In this document: positions 35,000-48,968 of the stretch, piece after piece
Layout of the letters: the number at the start of each line of letters is the position of its first letter
How positions within the stretch are numbered: the first letter of the stretch is position 1
Assembly: GCF_963921235.1 (NCBI RefSeq)
Contig: NC_086101.1
Coordinates: 31,806,001 to 31,870,000, forward strand
Origin: Mobula hypostoma
Lineage: Eukaryota
Reading direction: 5' to 3'
DNA length: 64,000 bases
The notes under the pieces: model-generated
What the model was told of the DNA's origin: nothing
What the model saw: the letters and a program-made list of their open reading frames with translations, nothing else
Databases searched by the model: none
Program-made: the position numbers and the translations under genes

Positions 35000-36960
35000 T
35001 TGGTCATAGAGTCAGTACTGGGGAAGAGAGAGACAGGTTCTAGGGAAGGTGGGACCTGCACAAAAGAGCCAGTTTGCACCTGAACTGGAAGGGGGCTAAT
35101 ATCCTAGTGGGAAGGTTTGCTGGTGCTGCACAGGGATAGTGGATGAGGGGGTTTTAAACTAGAATTGCAGGGGGATGGGAATCAGATGTCGCTAAGATCT
35201 CAGAGAAAGTCAGGAATCAAAAGTCTGAGCATGGTGCAACTAATGTCCTGAGTTGTAAGCTGTGTATATTCCAACACAAGGAGTATCATGGGAAAGGCGG
35301 ATGAACTCAGGGCATGGGTTGACACAATTATAATATTGTAGCCAATAATGAGACTTGGTTACAGGAGAGGCTGGACTGGCAGCTCAGTTTTCTGGTGTTT
35401 TGTTGATTTTGGGCACGACAGTGGGAGGGTTTAAAGGAGAAGGGGTCGTGTTATTGTTCAGGGAAATGTCACAATAGTGCTCAGTCAGGACAGACCGGAG
35501 AACTCGACTAGTGAAGAATTATGGGCGGTACTGAGAAATAAGAAAAGTATGATCGCATAAATAAGGCTATATTACAGACCACCAAACAGTCCGATGGAAC
35601 AAATTTGTAGAGAGACTGCAGACTGTTGCAAGAAACACAAGATTGTTACAGTAGGTTATTTTAACTTTCCACATATTGACTGGGAATCCCATAGTTTAAG
35701 AGGACTAGATAGGATAGAGTTTGTCAAACGTGTCTGGGAAAGCTTCCTTAACCAGTACATAGAAGTCCCAATAAGTGACTGTGTGATACTTGATCTGCTA
35801 TTGGGGAATGAGACAGGACAGGTGACAGAAGTTTGTGTAGGGGAACACTTTGCATCTGGTGATCACAGTGCCATTGGTTTCAAAGTAAATATGCAAAAAG
35901 ATAGGTCTGGCCCGCAGGTTGAGATTCTAAATTGGGGTAAGGCCAATTTTGATGGTATCAGAAAGGATCTGGCAAATGTGGATTGGAACAGGCTGTTTTC
36001 TGCAAAGATGTACTTCAAAAGTGAAATTTTGAGAATACAAAGCTTGTATGTGCCTGTCAGAATAAAAGGTAAAGATAACCAGTGCAGGGACCCTTGGTTT
36101 TCAAGAGATATTGAGGCTCTGGTTAAGAAAGAAAAAGGAGGTGCCTAGCAGATATAGGCAGGTGGGAACAAAAGAGGTGCCTTTGGAATACAGGAAATGG
36201 AAGAGAACACTTAAGAAAGAAATCAGGAGGGCTAAAAGAATGTGTGAGATTGCCTTAGCAGACAAGGTGAAGGAGAATCCCAAGGGATTCTACAGATCCT
36301 ACGCCCCTCTTCCCTCCGGGAGAAGGTTCAGGAGCTTGAAGGCTCGTACGGCCAGATTTGGGAACAGCTTCTTTCCAACTGTGATAAGACTGCTGAACGG
36401 ATCCTGACCCGGATCTGGGCCGTACCCTCCAAATATCCGGACCTGCATCTCGGTTTTTTTTGCACTACCTTACTTTCCATTTTTCTATTTATGATTTATA
36501 ATTTAAATTTTTAATATTTACTATAGATTTGTAATCCAGGGAGTGGGAAGCGCAGAATCAAATATCGCTATGATGATTGTACGTTCTAGTATCAATTGTT
36601 TGGTGACAATAAAACATAAAGTATAAAGATATGTTCACAGTAAAAGGATTGCAAGAGACAAAATTCTGTAAGATCACAATGGTAATCCATATGTGGTGCC
36701 AAAGCAGATGAGGGAGATCTTAAATAATTTTTTTGCATCTGCATTTACTCAGGAGATAAACGCAGAGTCTCTAGAAGACAATATGGCATCAACTTCATGG
36801 GCCCTATACAGAGTACAGAGGAGGAGATGTTTGCTGTCTTGAGGCAAATTAGGGTGGATAAATCCCCTGGGCTTGACAATGTGTTCCCTCAGTCCCTGTA
36901 GGAGGGCAAGTGCAGAATTTGCCGGGATGCTGGCACAGAGATTTAAAACATCCTCACAGA
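35000..36960 (+). mobile_element. CR1 ORF2 endonuclease/linker relic interrupted by a Rex1-type tail (about 36300-36625)
   Basis: ORF 35594-36148 (VGYFNFPHIDW, LDLLLGNETGQV, SDH-like GDH) and 36111-36407. Confidence 0.8.
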
Positions 36961-39900
36961 GCCCTGTTGGCAGCTGATGGAGTACCATCTGCTCCTACCC
37001 TGTTTACTTAATTGTCTCCGACCAGTCTTTTTTTTTGAAACTTTATTATAATACTTCAATACTGCTTTGCTATGGCTGGGAAAAGAACAAAAGCTTCTGC
37101 AAAAGCAAGGGAAACAGAAGATGAATCCCAGTCACTTTGGATTCAATCAGTGACTTCCTTAATCGGCAAAAATTGGAATTTTCTGAGGAGTTTCAACGAC
37201 TTAACGGCAAATTGGTTAAAATTAAACAAACTTTATCTGAGCATGAGAACCGAATTCAGGAAAATACTGCGAAGCTGGTGACACTTGAAGAGGATGTTGA
37301 CGATACAATTAAACTCTGCAAAATGTTATCTATCCAATGACAAAATGATGAAAAGGATCATCAGTCTAGAAAATAGAAACAGGAGAAATAACTTGTGAAT
37401 TCTGGGTCTTGAAGAATTAATTGAAGGCGCTGACCCTACGAAGTTTTTTGCAAACTTTCTGAAACAGTTATTCCCTGCTTTATTCACTTCTGAGCCGAAG
37501 CTCGATCGAGCTTATGGATAACCGACGTTGAAGCCATTGTCGGCGGCGGCAAGACCCAGATCGGTAATTCTAAGCTTTCATGAATTTTGTATTAAGGGTC
37601 TTTTAATTCGCCATACCCGTCGACAAGGAATGATCGATTTCCAAAGTTACAAGGTTAGATTTGTGGAAGACTACTCGCCTGAAATTATGGCTGATCGCAT
37701 AATTATAAAGAAGTTATGTCGGAATTTTATAATAAAGGATATTAAACTATCCCTTCAGATTCCTGCCCGTCTGAGTATTGTTTTGAAGAACGGATTGCAA
37801 AAAAGAATAAGGTCAGTTGAAGAAGCAAAAGCATTTCTGAAGGATGAAGTCTAAAACTGTTATACTTCTTATTTGATCAATTTTTTCTTCTGTTAATATG
37901 AATTTGAAATAAGGTTTCATTACGCTTACGTTTTGGCTGTTCATATATTGTCTTTTGTTGTATTTTCTTTTGATACATTTTTATTATATCCCTTTTTGAG
38001 GCTTTATTTTAATACAGCTCTCTTTGAATTTGTTTAAACTGATCCTTTTATATTTTTGAATACTGAGTTATTTTTCTTTTTATGTTGTGTCTTGGTAGGG
38101 ACATGATGACCTTGTAGGACCGGAGTTTTTGTCAACTGATTTTTTGGGGAGGGAACTTGGTTCTTAGCTCGCTGACTGCCTATTGGTCAGCTTTCTCACT
38201 TCGTTTGGGGGAGGGGGTAGTGCCTATTTTTCTCTGGGAGCTGTGTTGGGCTGACTATATGATTGCTTGTTTGAATGCATTACCTTACGGTTTGTTTTCT
38301 AGTTTTAATAACTTATGGCCAGATCTTTTAATTACATGTTGATTGGTATTTAAAATGGTGCAAAATATTAACTTATTTAGTTTGAATGTGAAAGGGCTGA
38401 CTCACCCCATTAAATGGAACAAAGTGTTTGCTTATATTAAAAAATTAAAAGCACCCATTATTTTCTTAGAAGAAACGCACATACGCAGCTGTGATAGCTT
38501 ACGTTTTTTTTTACTCGGTGGAAGGGTATGCAATTCCATTCTTCGTTTAATGCAAAATCACGTGGAGTTTCGATTTTTGTAGATAATACAGTTTCCTTTG
38601 TTCAGCATAAAGTTGTGTCAGACCCTAATGGTCGATTTGTTATTGCATCAGGGAGTTTCAACAGTAAATTGATTGTTTTTGCTAATGTATATGCCCCCAA
38701 TCCAGGATTTTTTGAACGTCTATTTTCATTTTTGCCAGATTTGTGTACTTACTCCCTTGTGATGGGAGGAGATTTCAGCTGCTGGTCAGATCCAGTATTA
38801 GATCGCTCATCTATTAAACCAGCCACATTTAATAAATCAGCTTTGTTTATCCAATCCTTTCTAACTAAATGTGGTACAGTTGATGCCTGGCGTTTTCTCC
38901 ATCGGACTGACAGGGTGTATTCTTTTTTCTCTCATGTTCATCATTCTTATACCAGGATTGATTATTTTTTTTATTGATAGTCAAATGATTCCATTTGTTC
39001 AATCGATTGAATATAAAGAGATTGCTATTTCTGACCACTCTCCTGTACTTCTATCTTTAAATCTTCCTGATCCTATCCCTATGAGTAGATTTTGGCAATT
39101 TAATTTAACTCTGTTATCTGATGAGGCCTTTTTAAAATTTATGGAGAATCAAATTACTCTCTTTTTTTGAAGAAAATACGTTGGAAGAGAAATCTAGTCT
39201 TATTACATGGGATACTTTTAAAGCATACATCCGGGGTCAAATTATTTCTTATATTGCAAACATCATTAAAAAAGCTAACAAAGAGAGAAATGAACTAGCC
39301 AATCAGTTAAAACAACTGGACCATAAATATACTTCGGTACCCGATCCTGAAACACATAAGAGACATATTGAAACTAAAACTAAATATGATATTCTTCTAA
39401 GGTATCCAATTGAAAGCCAACTTTTAAAAGATAGAAGTCAATTTTCTATTCATGGAGATAAAACTGGTAAATTACTTGCTAATCAATTGAACCCTTTTAT
39501 AGCCAAGCAGTAAATTAAAGAAATACGTAAAATTAATGGGGACATGACAACTGACCACCTTGAAATTAATAACACTTCTAGGGAATTTTATTTTGAATTG
39601 TATAGTTCTGACTCTGTTAATGATAATATTGCAATGAATAATTTTTTAGACCAGTTAAATATTCCTACTCTTTCGATAGATGATCATAGGCAATTGGATC
39701 AACCAACTTCCCAGGAGGAAATAGCCTAGGCTATTCGAGAATTGCAGTCTGGGAAATCCCCAGGACCCGATAGATTCTCTGGAGAGTTTTATAAAGCTTT
39801 TTCCTCCTTGCTTATACCACATTTATGTTCTACCCTTACAGATTCCCTTAAGGTAGGAAGATTGCCGCAGTCTTTTTACGAAACTTCCATTTTGCTCATT

Positions 39901-40553
39901 CTCAAAAAGAATAAGAATCCTACTGAATGTTCTTCGTATAGACCTATCTCTTTACTCAATTTTGATACTAAAATTTTATCTAAAATGTTGGCTCGCAGAC
40001 TTGAAAATGTTATATCTTCTATAGTATCGGATGATCAGATGGGACTTATTAAAAATTGATATTCCCATTTTAATATACGGCATTTGTTAAATGTTATGTA
40101 CTCTCCATCTAAGGAAATATCGGAATGTGTGATATCTTTGGATGCGGAGAAGGCTTATGACAGAGTTGAATGGAACTATCTATTTACATCCTTGGAAAAA
40201 TTTAATTTTAGACCTAATTTTATTCATTGGATTAAATTACTTTATCTATCTCCCTCCACTCGGGTTCTTACTAATTTTCAGAATTCTAAACCCTTTAAAC
40301 TCCAATGTGGAACTAGACAAGGTTGCCCTTTGAGCCCTCTGCTTTTTGATTTGGTATTAGAATCCTTTGCAATTGCTTTTCGAGAGTCTAAAGAGATCAT
40401 TGGTATTTTAAGGAGAGGTACTATTCATAAAGTATCACTCTATGCTGATGAATTATTGCTTTTTGTATCTAATGTTACAACCTCCTTACCATTTGTGTTC
40501 CGTTTACTGACTAATTTTAGTCCGTTCTCAGGATACAAATTAAATTTACAGAA
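36960..40553 (+). mobile_element. L1 LINE (ORF1 plus ORF2 EN/RT), frameshifted and 3'-truncated, antisense in a gene 1 intron
   Basis: ORF1 coiled-coil/RRM pieces at 37072-37854 (NRNRRNNL, RPRSVI, EDYS). ORF2 from about 38357 (SLNVKGL, NVYAPN, SDHSPV, KSPGPD, GTRQGCPLSP, YADELL). Confidence 0.92.
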
Positions 40554-40925
40554 GAAAGTGGCATCACATGTAGATAGGGTCATAAAGAAAGCTTTTGTTA
40601 TACAACATTATGAGGGGTAGAGAGAGGGTAAATGGAATCAGGCTTTTTCCACTGAGGTTGGTTGGGATGGCAGCTAGAGGTCATAGGTTAAGGGTGAAAA
40701 GTTTAAGCAGAATACGAGTGGCAACTTCTTCGCTCAGTAGGACGTTAAGAGTGTGGAACAAGCTACCATCACAAGTGGTGCATGTGAGCCTAAGTTCAAT
40801 TTTTATGAGAGGTTAGGGCATGGATTGAAGGGGTATGGAGGGCAATAGTCTCGATGCAGCTCAGTGGAAGTAGGCAATTTAAATGGTTCGGCGAAGGGCC
40901 TGTTTTCTGTGCTGTACTTCTCTAA
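40553..40925 (+). mobile_element. CR1 3' end
   Basis: RGHRLRV..RVWNKLP and the terminal gggcctgttttctgtgctgtac. Confidence 0.75.
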
Positions 40926-41191
40926 AAGACTGGGGGAAGATGGATAACGATTTGACTGACCCGACAGTCAGGGGGAAGGAGAGGGAGAGCAGAGTGCTAG
41001 GGATAACACAGATGTCATTATATCAGCAAAAGGGAAGGTGGTCAGCAATAGGAAGGACATGGGATGGGCGAGGAGGGGGAGGGTCTGAGGACAGGGCATC
41101 CTTTTGTGTAGAGAGGCTGGAGTGCTGAGAGGACATTCTCCTTCCCAAACTCACTTCCCCTGGGGAACAGTACATCTCCCTCCAGTCCTAC

Positions 41192-41299
41192 CTTTCTTCT
41201 TGTAGAAGGGATAACTCACAACGTCAGCGAAGACGACCAGGATCACCAGGACCACGAGCACAGCAATGACCATGAGAGGTATATAGCTGGACTTCAGAA
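41192..41299 (-). CDS. MHC class I gene 1 connecting peptide/transmembrane exon
   Basis: ggccag|VLKSSYIPLMVIAVLVVLVILVVFADVVSYPFYKKK|gtagga; 108 nt, phase 1-1. Confidence 0.9.
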
Positions 41300-41561
41300 C
41301 TGGCCAAGATTCAGAGAAACAGTCGGTTAGGCGCAGGGACCGAGATTCCCAGTCTGTTTCCACACCAACTTTCCCCCACCTTACACCCTTCTGTCCAACA
41401 GAGGGAGACTGACTTGCCCGGTCTTTTCATCCTATTCAAGGCCCACCATCCTGTCTTTGCACCTCTGACCCCCCTCCCTCTATCCACGCCAAGGCCAGTG
41501 GTCACCAGTGCTCCCTCTCTCTCCCTGCCTCTGTACCACCCCACTGGTGAGTGTCTCTTAC

Positions 41562-41834
41562 CCAGGAACAGGACGAGGGGCTTGGGGAGACCCCGGTGTT
41601 CCACCCGACAGGAGAACTTGGAGAACTTTCCTGTGTCCGTGGGCTGCACCTGCACCGTCCTGGTCAGCTGGTAGGTGTTGTCGTGATTGGGGAGGATCCC
41701 GTGGGAATGGGTCTCCTCCAGGATCCGGCCGTCCCGCAGAATAGTCACGTCGATGGACTGAGGGTAGAAGCCGGTGGCCACACAGGAGAGGTGGCGGTTA
41801 TCCAGTGAGGTGATAAAGGAGACTTCGGGGGGAT
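41562..41834 (-). CDS. MHC class I gene 1 alpha3 (Ig C1) exon
   Basis: LSCVATGFYP..ILPNHDNTYQL..FSCRVEH; ctgcag| and |gtaaga; contains a 9-nt KFS duplication. Confidence 0.95.
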
Positions 41835-42009
41835 CTGCAGTGAGAGGAGACAGTGCGGGGGGTACTCGCATAAAAACACTGATCCCTCCACTCACTTACT
41901 GACCCTACCCCCCAGACATGCATAACACACACGGAAAACTCCCAGGACACGCCAACCCACCATTCCACCCCCACTCCACAGACACACACCGGACGCCAGC
42001 ACCACTTAC

Positions 42010-42282
42010 TGGGCTCCAGGTGACTCTCCCCATCTTGAATGTACTTCTTCAACCACTCGACGCAGGTCTGCTCCAGGTATCCCTTGAACTGCTGGTTCCT
42101 GGCCGTGTTCTGGTCCCACTTGTCCTTGGTGATGACACCCCAGGGCACAGGGGTCACCCACACCATCCGGTCCTTGTCGAAGCTGATCAGGTCCGACCCG
42201 TCCCAGCTGTACTGCATGAACCCGGCGGTGGTCCCGTCGTCATGGAGCTCACAGCCATACATCAACTGGATAGTGTGGATCC
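42010..42282 (-). CDS. MHC class I gene 1 alpha2 exon
   Basis: GIHTIQLMYGCEL..WDGSD..TKDKW..GYLEQTCVEWLKKY; splice sites intact. Confidence 0.96.
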
Positions 42283-42423
42283 CTGGAACACACCGTCCGT
42301 CAGTGTGGGCTGGGAGTGGGGTGGGAACCGTCCCCTTTTCCCACAAGTGCTGTTCCTCCCTCGCTCATCCGCCACCTGACACATCTCCACACCCACTCTG
42401 CCCCCACCTGGTGTCCCACTCAC

Positions 42424-42684
42424 CGCCCGTCTGGTTGGTTCGCTTCTGCAGTGTCTGGATGTCAGCCTTGAACCCCGGCTCGTTGCCCCGCAGGTTCTGC
42501 GTCTCACGCTCCCAGTAGTCGGGGTCCTGGCTCTCCGCCATCCACCCCCGCCGGGGCACCATCCGCCCCAGCACACTGTCGTGGTAAACAATCTGCTCCT
42601 CGTCCACGTACCCGACCACCACAAACTCGGGGACCTCTGGCACCGGGGTCACCGCCGTGTAGAAATAACGGAGAGAGTGAGAGC
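42424..42684 (-). CDS. MHC class I gene 1 alpha1 exon
   Basis: GSHSLRYFYT..GYVD..DYWERETQ..RTNQT; ttccag| and |gtgagt. Confidence 0.96.
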
Positions 42685-43129
42685 CTGGAATTGGAGCAGA
42701 GAGTCAGGGAGGCCTCGAGACCCCGAACCCCATGATCAGGGTCCGAAAAACCAGGGGGGGCCCGTGGTATAACTCTGAACCCCCGAGTAAATCAGGGTCT
42801 CCATCGCAACTGACCCCTCACCCAATGAGCCATGTGAGTCCCACCTGGAGACAGCTGCAGTTTCCTGGATGACCTGCGTTGTGGGGTCCATGGAACACGA
42901 CATGTTCAGCAGGGCCGGATGGGTTAAATCACTCTCTGTCTCTCTGAGCTCTGTGAGGGCGATTGAAGCACAGAAGCGAGACCAGAGGGCGAGCGCCAGC
43001 TGCCTGTCTTTTGGTCGGTTACTCTGTACCTGAGAGGGAAAGGCTTGCTCCTGTATCCGGCCCAGAAGAGTATTGTCCAGGTTTCTCTGTGCTCTTTGGA
43101 TTTGGACTTTGGACTAATCTCTGATCTTC

Positions 43130-43520
43130 TCGTTGTTTTGTGGGGGAGGGGGATTTGAGGGTCGACATGCCTGATCTATTTTGCTGTTTTTTTTGTACGG
43201 GGGGGGAAGGATTTCGGGGTTGATGTGCCTGATCTGCTTTGTACATTTTTTGCATGGGAGGAGGGATTTGGGGGTCAACGTGCTTGATCTGTTTCGCTCA
43301 TTTTTTTTTGTGTGGTAGGAGGGATTTGAGGGTTGAAGTGCCTGTTTCTTTTTCTTTGTGGGGAGGTGAGATTTGAGGGTTGAAGTGCCTGTTTCTTTTT
43401 CTTTGTGGGGAGGTGAGATTTGAGGGTTGAAGTGCCTGTTTCTTTTTCTTTGTGGGGAGGTGGGATTTGGGGGTTGAAGTGCCTGTTTTTTTTTGTGGGG
43501 AGGTGGGATTTGGGGGTTGA
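43130..43520. repeat. 47-bp tandem repeat (4 good plus several degenerate copies)
   Basis: gagggttgaagtgcctgtttctttttctttgtggggaggtgagattt at 43328, 43375, 43422 and 43469. Confidence 0.9.
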
Positions 43521-46500
43521 TGATCGTGCTGCCTTTCTCTCTTGGTTTCGTTGCTACCTGGAGAATTGAAGAATTTCAGAGTTGTGTACTTTGATAATAA
43601 ATTGAACCTTTGAGGTTTTTGAGTGTTTTGTCTCCACGTGGAAGGGACTGGGGATAAAGGATATGGAGGCTAAGGCAGTGGTCTGCACCTCCTGCAGGAC
43701 ATTGGAGATCAGAGACTTTGTAATATCCCATTGACTATCCCTGCAGAAAGCGGGTCCAGCTACTGCTCGGGGCAGACCACGCCGAGTACCTAGACTCATT
43801 ATGAAGCATTCCAGCTGCAGAGAATGTGATAGGAGGTTTGGTTAGTCAGTCAATACCATCACAGGTCCAGAAAGAGGAGGTGGATGACCACTAGATAGGG
43901 CAATAAGAACAGGCCAGTAGTACTCGGAGCTCCTGTGGCCACTGCCCTCTCAACTATGTCGGACACTGCTGGGGAAGATACCTCAGAGGAAAGTGGTAAC
44001 AGCAGCCGAGATTGTGGCATCATTGTTGGCTCTGATATTGGTGGATAAAGTTACAGTAAAGAGTAGTGGCCTTTGTTAAGTAAAGCTGTTCTGTGGCTGA
44101 GAGTGAGACCCGAGGATGGTGTACTGCCTCCCTGGTGCCAGGGCCTGTGATTTCTCGGACTGCGTACTGAAAGGTCTGAAGGGGGAGAGAGCAAAGCTAG
44201 AGGTAATTATAAATGTTGATACTAAAGCTACAGGTAGAAAGAGGGGTGAATTCCTGCAGAGGACCTTTAGGGAGATAGGAGAAGGTAAAAAGCAGGAACT
44301 CTATGGCTGTAATCTCAGGATTACTCCTGGAGCATCGTGCTTGTGAGGGTGGAGACCAGGACAGGACAGATGAGTATATGCCTGCACAGTCAGTCACAGC
44401 GCAAAAACAGGCACTGCAGCTCAACTGGTCCGTACTGACCAGATTCCCGTCCAAGCCAGTCCCATTTATCCCTCTAAACCTGTCCAAGTCTGTTTGAATG
44501 TCATTAATTCACTTGCCTCAGCCACCCTCTACTGGCCGCTCCTCCTCATATACTGATCACCCTCAGGTTCCTAATAAATCTCTTCCCTCTATATCCTCTA
44601 GTTCTTGATTCTCCAATTGTGGGAAACAGACTGTACATTCACTCTATCTGTGCCCCTTAAGACTTCATATACCTCTACAAGATCACCCCTCATTTGCCTA
44701 TGCTCCAATGAAAATAAGTCCTAACCTACTCAGACCCTCGAGACCTGGCAACATCCTTATGAGTCTCCTCTGAACTCTTTCCAGTTTAAGGGCATCTTTC
44801 CTATTGTATAGTGACTAAAACTGAACACAATATTCCAGATGCAGTTGTTCAATATGTTGGTGAGGCTGCAAAATAACATCCCAACTTCTAGGCCTGATGA
44901 AGCCCAGCATATCAAAAGCCACCTTCGCCACTCTGTGACACCACTTTCAGGGAACCATGTACTTGTATTCCTAGATCCCTCTGTTCTACAACACACCCCA
45001 TGGAACTTCCTACTCTATTTGACTTTCCAAAGTGCAACTCCTTGAACTTAAAAAATTCAACTCTATTTGCCATTCCTTGGCCCACTTACTCAATCGATCA
45101 AGATCTCTCTGTAAATCCTGATCTTCACAGTCATCAGCACTAGCTATATTAGTATTATTTATTAACCATTCCCTGTACCCTCTCTTCAAAATCATGAAGG
45201 AATTAGTGCAGGAGGGAGGGCTTTAGCTGTCTGGATAACTGTCATTCCTTCTGGGGCAGTTGGGACCTGTATCAGAAGGTCAGGTTACACTTAAACTGGA
45301 GGAGGACCAATATCCTTGCAGAGAGTACTGCTTGCACTACTCAAGAGAGCTGAAACTAAGTTGATTGGAAGTGGGAAACTCAGTAGTGGTGTGACAGTAA
45401 TTGCAATCATGGAAATGTGGTTGTGGGAAGGACAGTTTCCAAGTAAAGAAGTTTCAGATGTGACAGTGGAATGACAAAGATGAGAGGCAGTTGAACTGCC
45501 TATTGAGGAGAAAATCACTGCGGAGGAGATTCTGAAGAGATTTTCCAGTGAAGCCATATCTGTAGAATTTAGGAATAAGAGAGGGGTGGTCAGTTTGCTA
45601 GGATTACATGAGAGGCCTCTCTTCCATAAATTTGAATTAGGATGGATATGTAAACGAGTTGCAGAAATGTGTTAGAGTTATAGTAGTGGGGATTTTATAT
45701 TCCCCAGTATTGAGTGAGATCAATTCAGTGCAAAGAACTTAGATGGAAGGAAATTTGTTACGTGTATCCAAGATAGTTTATTCATACAATACATGGAGAG
45801 CACTGCCAGAGACCATGCTGCACATTTAGCGTACCCAGGAAATGAAATCAGGCCTGAGGTGGAAGTGTTCGTGGGAGGATGCTTTGGGAACAATGACCAT
45901 AATTCTGCAAATTCCAAGGTAATTATAGGAAGGGTTCCCAAGTTAAGATCCTGAACAGATGGAAAAGTAATTTCACTGGTGCAGGAAAAGACCTGACAAA
46001 GGTAGGATGGGAGAAGATATTTGCAGGTAAAACAATAGCTGACGATTGGGAGGATCTTAAAAGGAGTTAGTTCAGGGCCATTTAGGAAAGGGGAAAGGCA
46101 AAGATAGCAAGTCGTCCTTGGATGAGGAAGGACAGACGTTTTGATCAGATGGAAAAGAGGCGGCGTATGGCAAGAACTTATAAATACAAGTGATTCTGAA
46201 GACGCTGGAAATCCAGAGTGACGCACGCACAAAAATACTAGAGGAGCTCAGCAGGTCATGGAGTTTCTATGGAAGGGAATAAAGAGTCAATGTTTTAGGC
46301 TAAGACATTCAATACGTTCCCTTGGCATATGGTACGTGAAGGAAACTGGAATCAAGCAAACTCTTGTGTCATAGAGCAACACATTACCGAAATAGGCAAG
46401 TTGGCCCCACTTGTCCATGCCAACAAAAATGCCCAATGGATAGACCCATTTCCCTGTGTTTGACCCTATTCAAACCTAGAGGATGCAGACATGAATTTAA

Positions 46501-47604
46501 GAATGGGATTGGGCGAGAGGTGGGTGACATCTGAGATTTGCTGCCGGAGAAGGTGGTGTAGTCAGATGCAAACACTACATTTGAGGCACTTAGACAGACA
46601 CTCAAGTAGGCAATGTGTAGAAGGATACAGGCATGATGTCGACAAATGGGTCAGCACAGTTCTGATGGGCCAAAGGCTTCATTTCAGCACTTTACTTCGT
46701 TAGCTAACAACAGGCAGCCAGGAGTTCCCCAGCAGGTAAGCAGGAGGATCTCTGTAGGGGCAGGAGGTGGTCTTTGTGAATCTGGCATCTCCACAAGGAT
46801 GGGAGGTGTGCAGGTAGTGGATTCTGCAGGGACAGCGGGTGGGTCCCTGCAGAGGTTGGAGGTGGACAGGGGTTCGATTCTATGGAGGTAGGGTCTTTTC
46901 AGGGGCGGGAGCTTGGCAGGGGGAGTCTGAGTCTGCAGGGGCCATGGTACTCCATGGTGGTTGGAGACGATGATCTGCTAACATCCTAGACACTTCCCCC
47001 ATTTCTGTGGGCTACCAGCTGCTCTGGTCTGCTTGGGAGAGTCACTGACCTCCCGAACTTTGATATCTCTCTACCCAACTAATACTGGCTGGGAAAACCA
47101 TCCCAGTATCGCCCACCCGACCCTGCAGCTGAAATCCCTGGGAGCACCCCACACCCCACATACTGTCTCCCGTCATTCCACGGTCTGAACACAGTTCCAG
47201 TTGAGTCCTGGCCATTTTTCACCATGATCTTGTACCCTGTGCCTCTCTGTGTGAATCTCAGGAGTATATCAACAACTGCCCGTAACAGGCCCTGACCTGC
47301 CGGGACTTTGTCTACTTACACCAGCTCCCTTTGGTCTGCACAACCTCAGTTCCACCATTTAACCTCTCTCCTCTCTGCCAGGATGCTTCACCTCCTTACC
47401 TCCTGTACCCCAGTTAAGCTGCTTTACACTATCCGGTAAGAATCCTCTCTCTGTCCCCTGGCCATCCAAGCTGTGTAAGTGTCCCCTGCACGCTCGTGTC
47501 TCAGTCATTAACGTGTCCGGAGGCCACAGTGCTCCAGCACAAACACAGTTCAGTGCGAAAGTCTTTACATGGCTGGAGTGCCTAAGAGTTTTGCACCGTA
47601 GTAA

Positions 47605-48150
47605 AGTAAAGTAGAAATGAAAAGAAGAATTGCCATTGCTAAACCCAACTTCCAAAAAATGAATCCCATTTTTACCAACAGACACATTTCTATGACAACA
47701 AGGCTTCGGCTACTGAAATGCTACATCTGGACAATCTTGCTGTGTGCTTCCGAAACATGGACTATAACACCAGAACTCCAAAGAAACTTAGAAACAATAG
47801 AAATGTGGTTTCTTAGAAGAATGCTGAAAAGATCATGTAGAGATAGGGTAACTAATGCGATAGTACTTCAAAGTGCCCATACAAAAAGATCTTTAATGAG
47901 AACATTAACTGAGAGGAAGCAAATTCCTGGGCCATGTCATCAGGAAGGTAGAAATGGAATGCCTTACATTCCTGGGCCGTATGCCTGGGAAACGCGGAAG
48001 AGGAAGGCAAAGAAGAAAATACATGGACACTGTGAAAGAACTAACAGATCTAAGTGTGCGAGATATCATTGACGCTGCATGGGATCGTTCGATGTGGAAA
48101 GCCGTGATCACCCGAGCGTGTAACGTGCAAGGCGCACGAAGAAGAAGATA
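47605..48150 (+). mobile_element. RTE LINE 3' fragment
   Basis: RRIAIAK..RLRLLKCYIWTILLCASETWT..EMWFLRRML..GRMPGKRGRGR; (GAA)n tail. Confidence 0.88.
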
Positions 48151-48968
48151 GTGATTTTATGCATAGCACTGTACTGTTGCCGCAAGAAAAAAACAAATTT
48201 CATGACATATGTGAGTGATGATCAACCTGATTCTGATATGGGTCTCTACTGTGGACTGAGTGTGAAAGGGGCAGGGAGAGCGGAGGGAGCAGGAAGAAAC
48301 AGATAGATATTCTGTAGTGATCAGGAAACCAATTGTTTGGAATCAAATGGCCTTGCCTGGTGTCTCAGGGCGGAGTGTGTCTGCACTTGCACCACCCACC
48401 GCCCCTGGCTCTCCTTCTCTGCCACTTGTCCCGTACCCCTCCCGCGGCGCTCCACCCTCGTCATTCCCAACAGCCTCTGCTCTCGCCAGTTTGACAAACT
48501 CCTTCTCCACTCCACTTAAACAGGTAGAGTACTGTGCAAGAGTCTCAGGCTTCCCAGCGGTAGATATGTTCCCAAGAAAAGTGCATAGTACTGTAAAGGG
48601 GACTGAATGGGCTCTTCCCGTGCCACCCCCGCAAACCCCAGTGCTAACCAGATCCCTGGTGTCCCACTGTCCACTTGTTCAGTGACACTGTTCCGGCCCA
48701 GGTCAGTGAAAGTGCCGAGGTTATTCCACCTCTCCCCGCCCTCTTCACCCCGTGCGCAGTTTCTAGATTACAACCCCTCCCCTCCCACCCCCACCCCCAC
48801 CCCCAAGCTGAAACCCACTGAGCTCAGGATGAGCGGTATAGGACCCTCACCCCAGATCAGGGCCTGTTACCGTCTCCCCAGCGGCTCAAACCCTATCGGG
48901 GGGGATGTGACCCTGTGTCCAGCCTGTCACTGACCGGGATCTGGGTGCCCCGCTGACTTCTCACCCAC

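Noticed and set aside
41700-41760. Ig C1 core Trp replaced (VTILRDG) in all alpha3 exons
   Set aside because: As I recall, shark UAA alpha3 also has an aliphatic residue here (VTLLRNG), so this is a lineage trait, not a novelty.
42820-42905. Possible leader exon with a phase-1 donor just upstream of alpha1
   Set aside because: The peptide (MSCSMDPTTQVIQ..) is not hydrophobic; a proper leader with promoter exists at 48969-49017.
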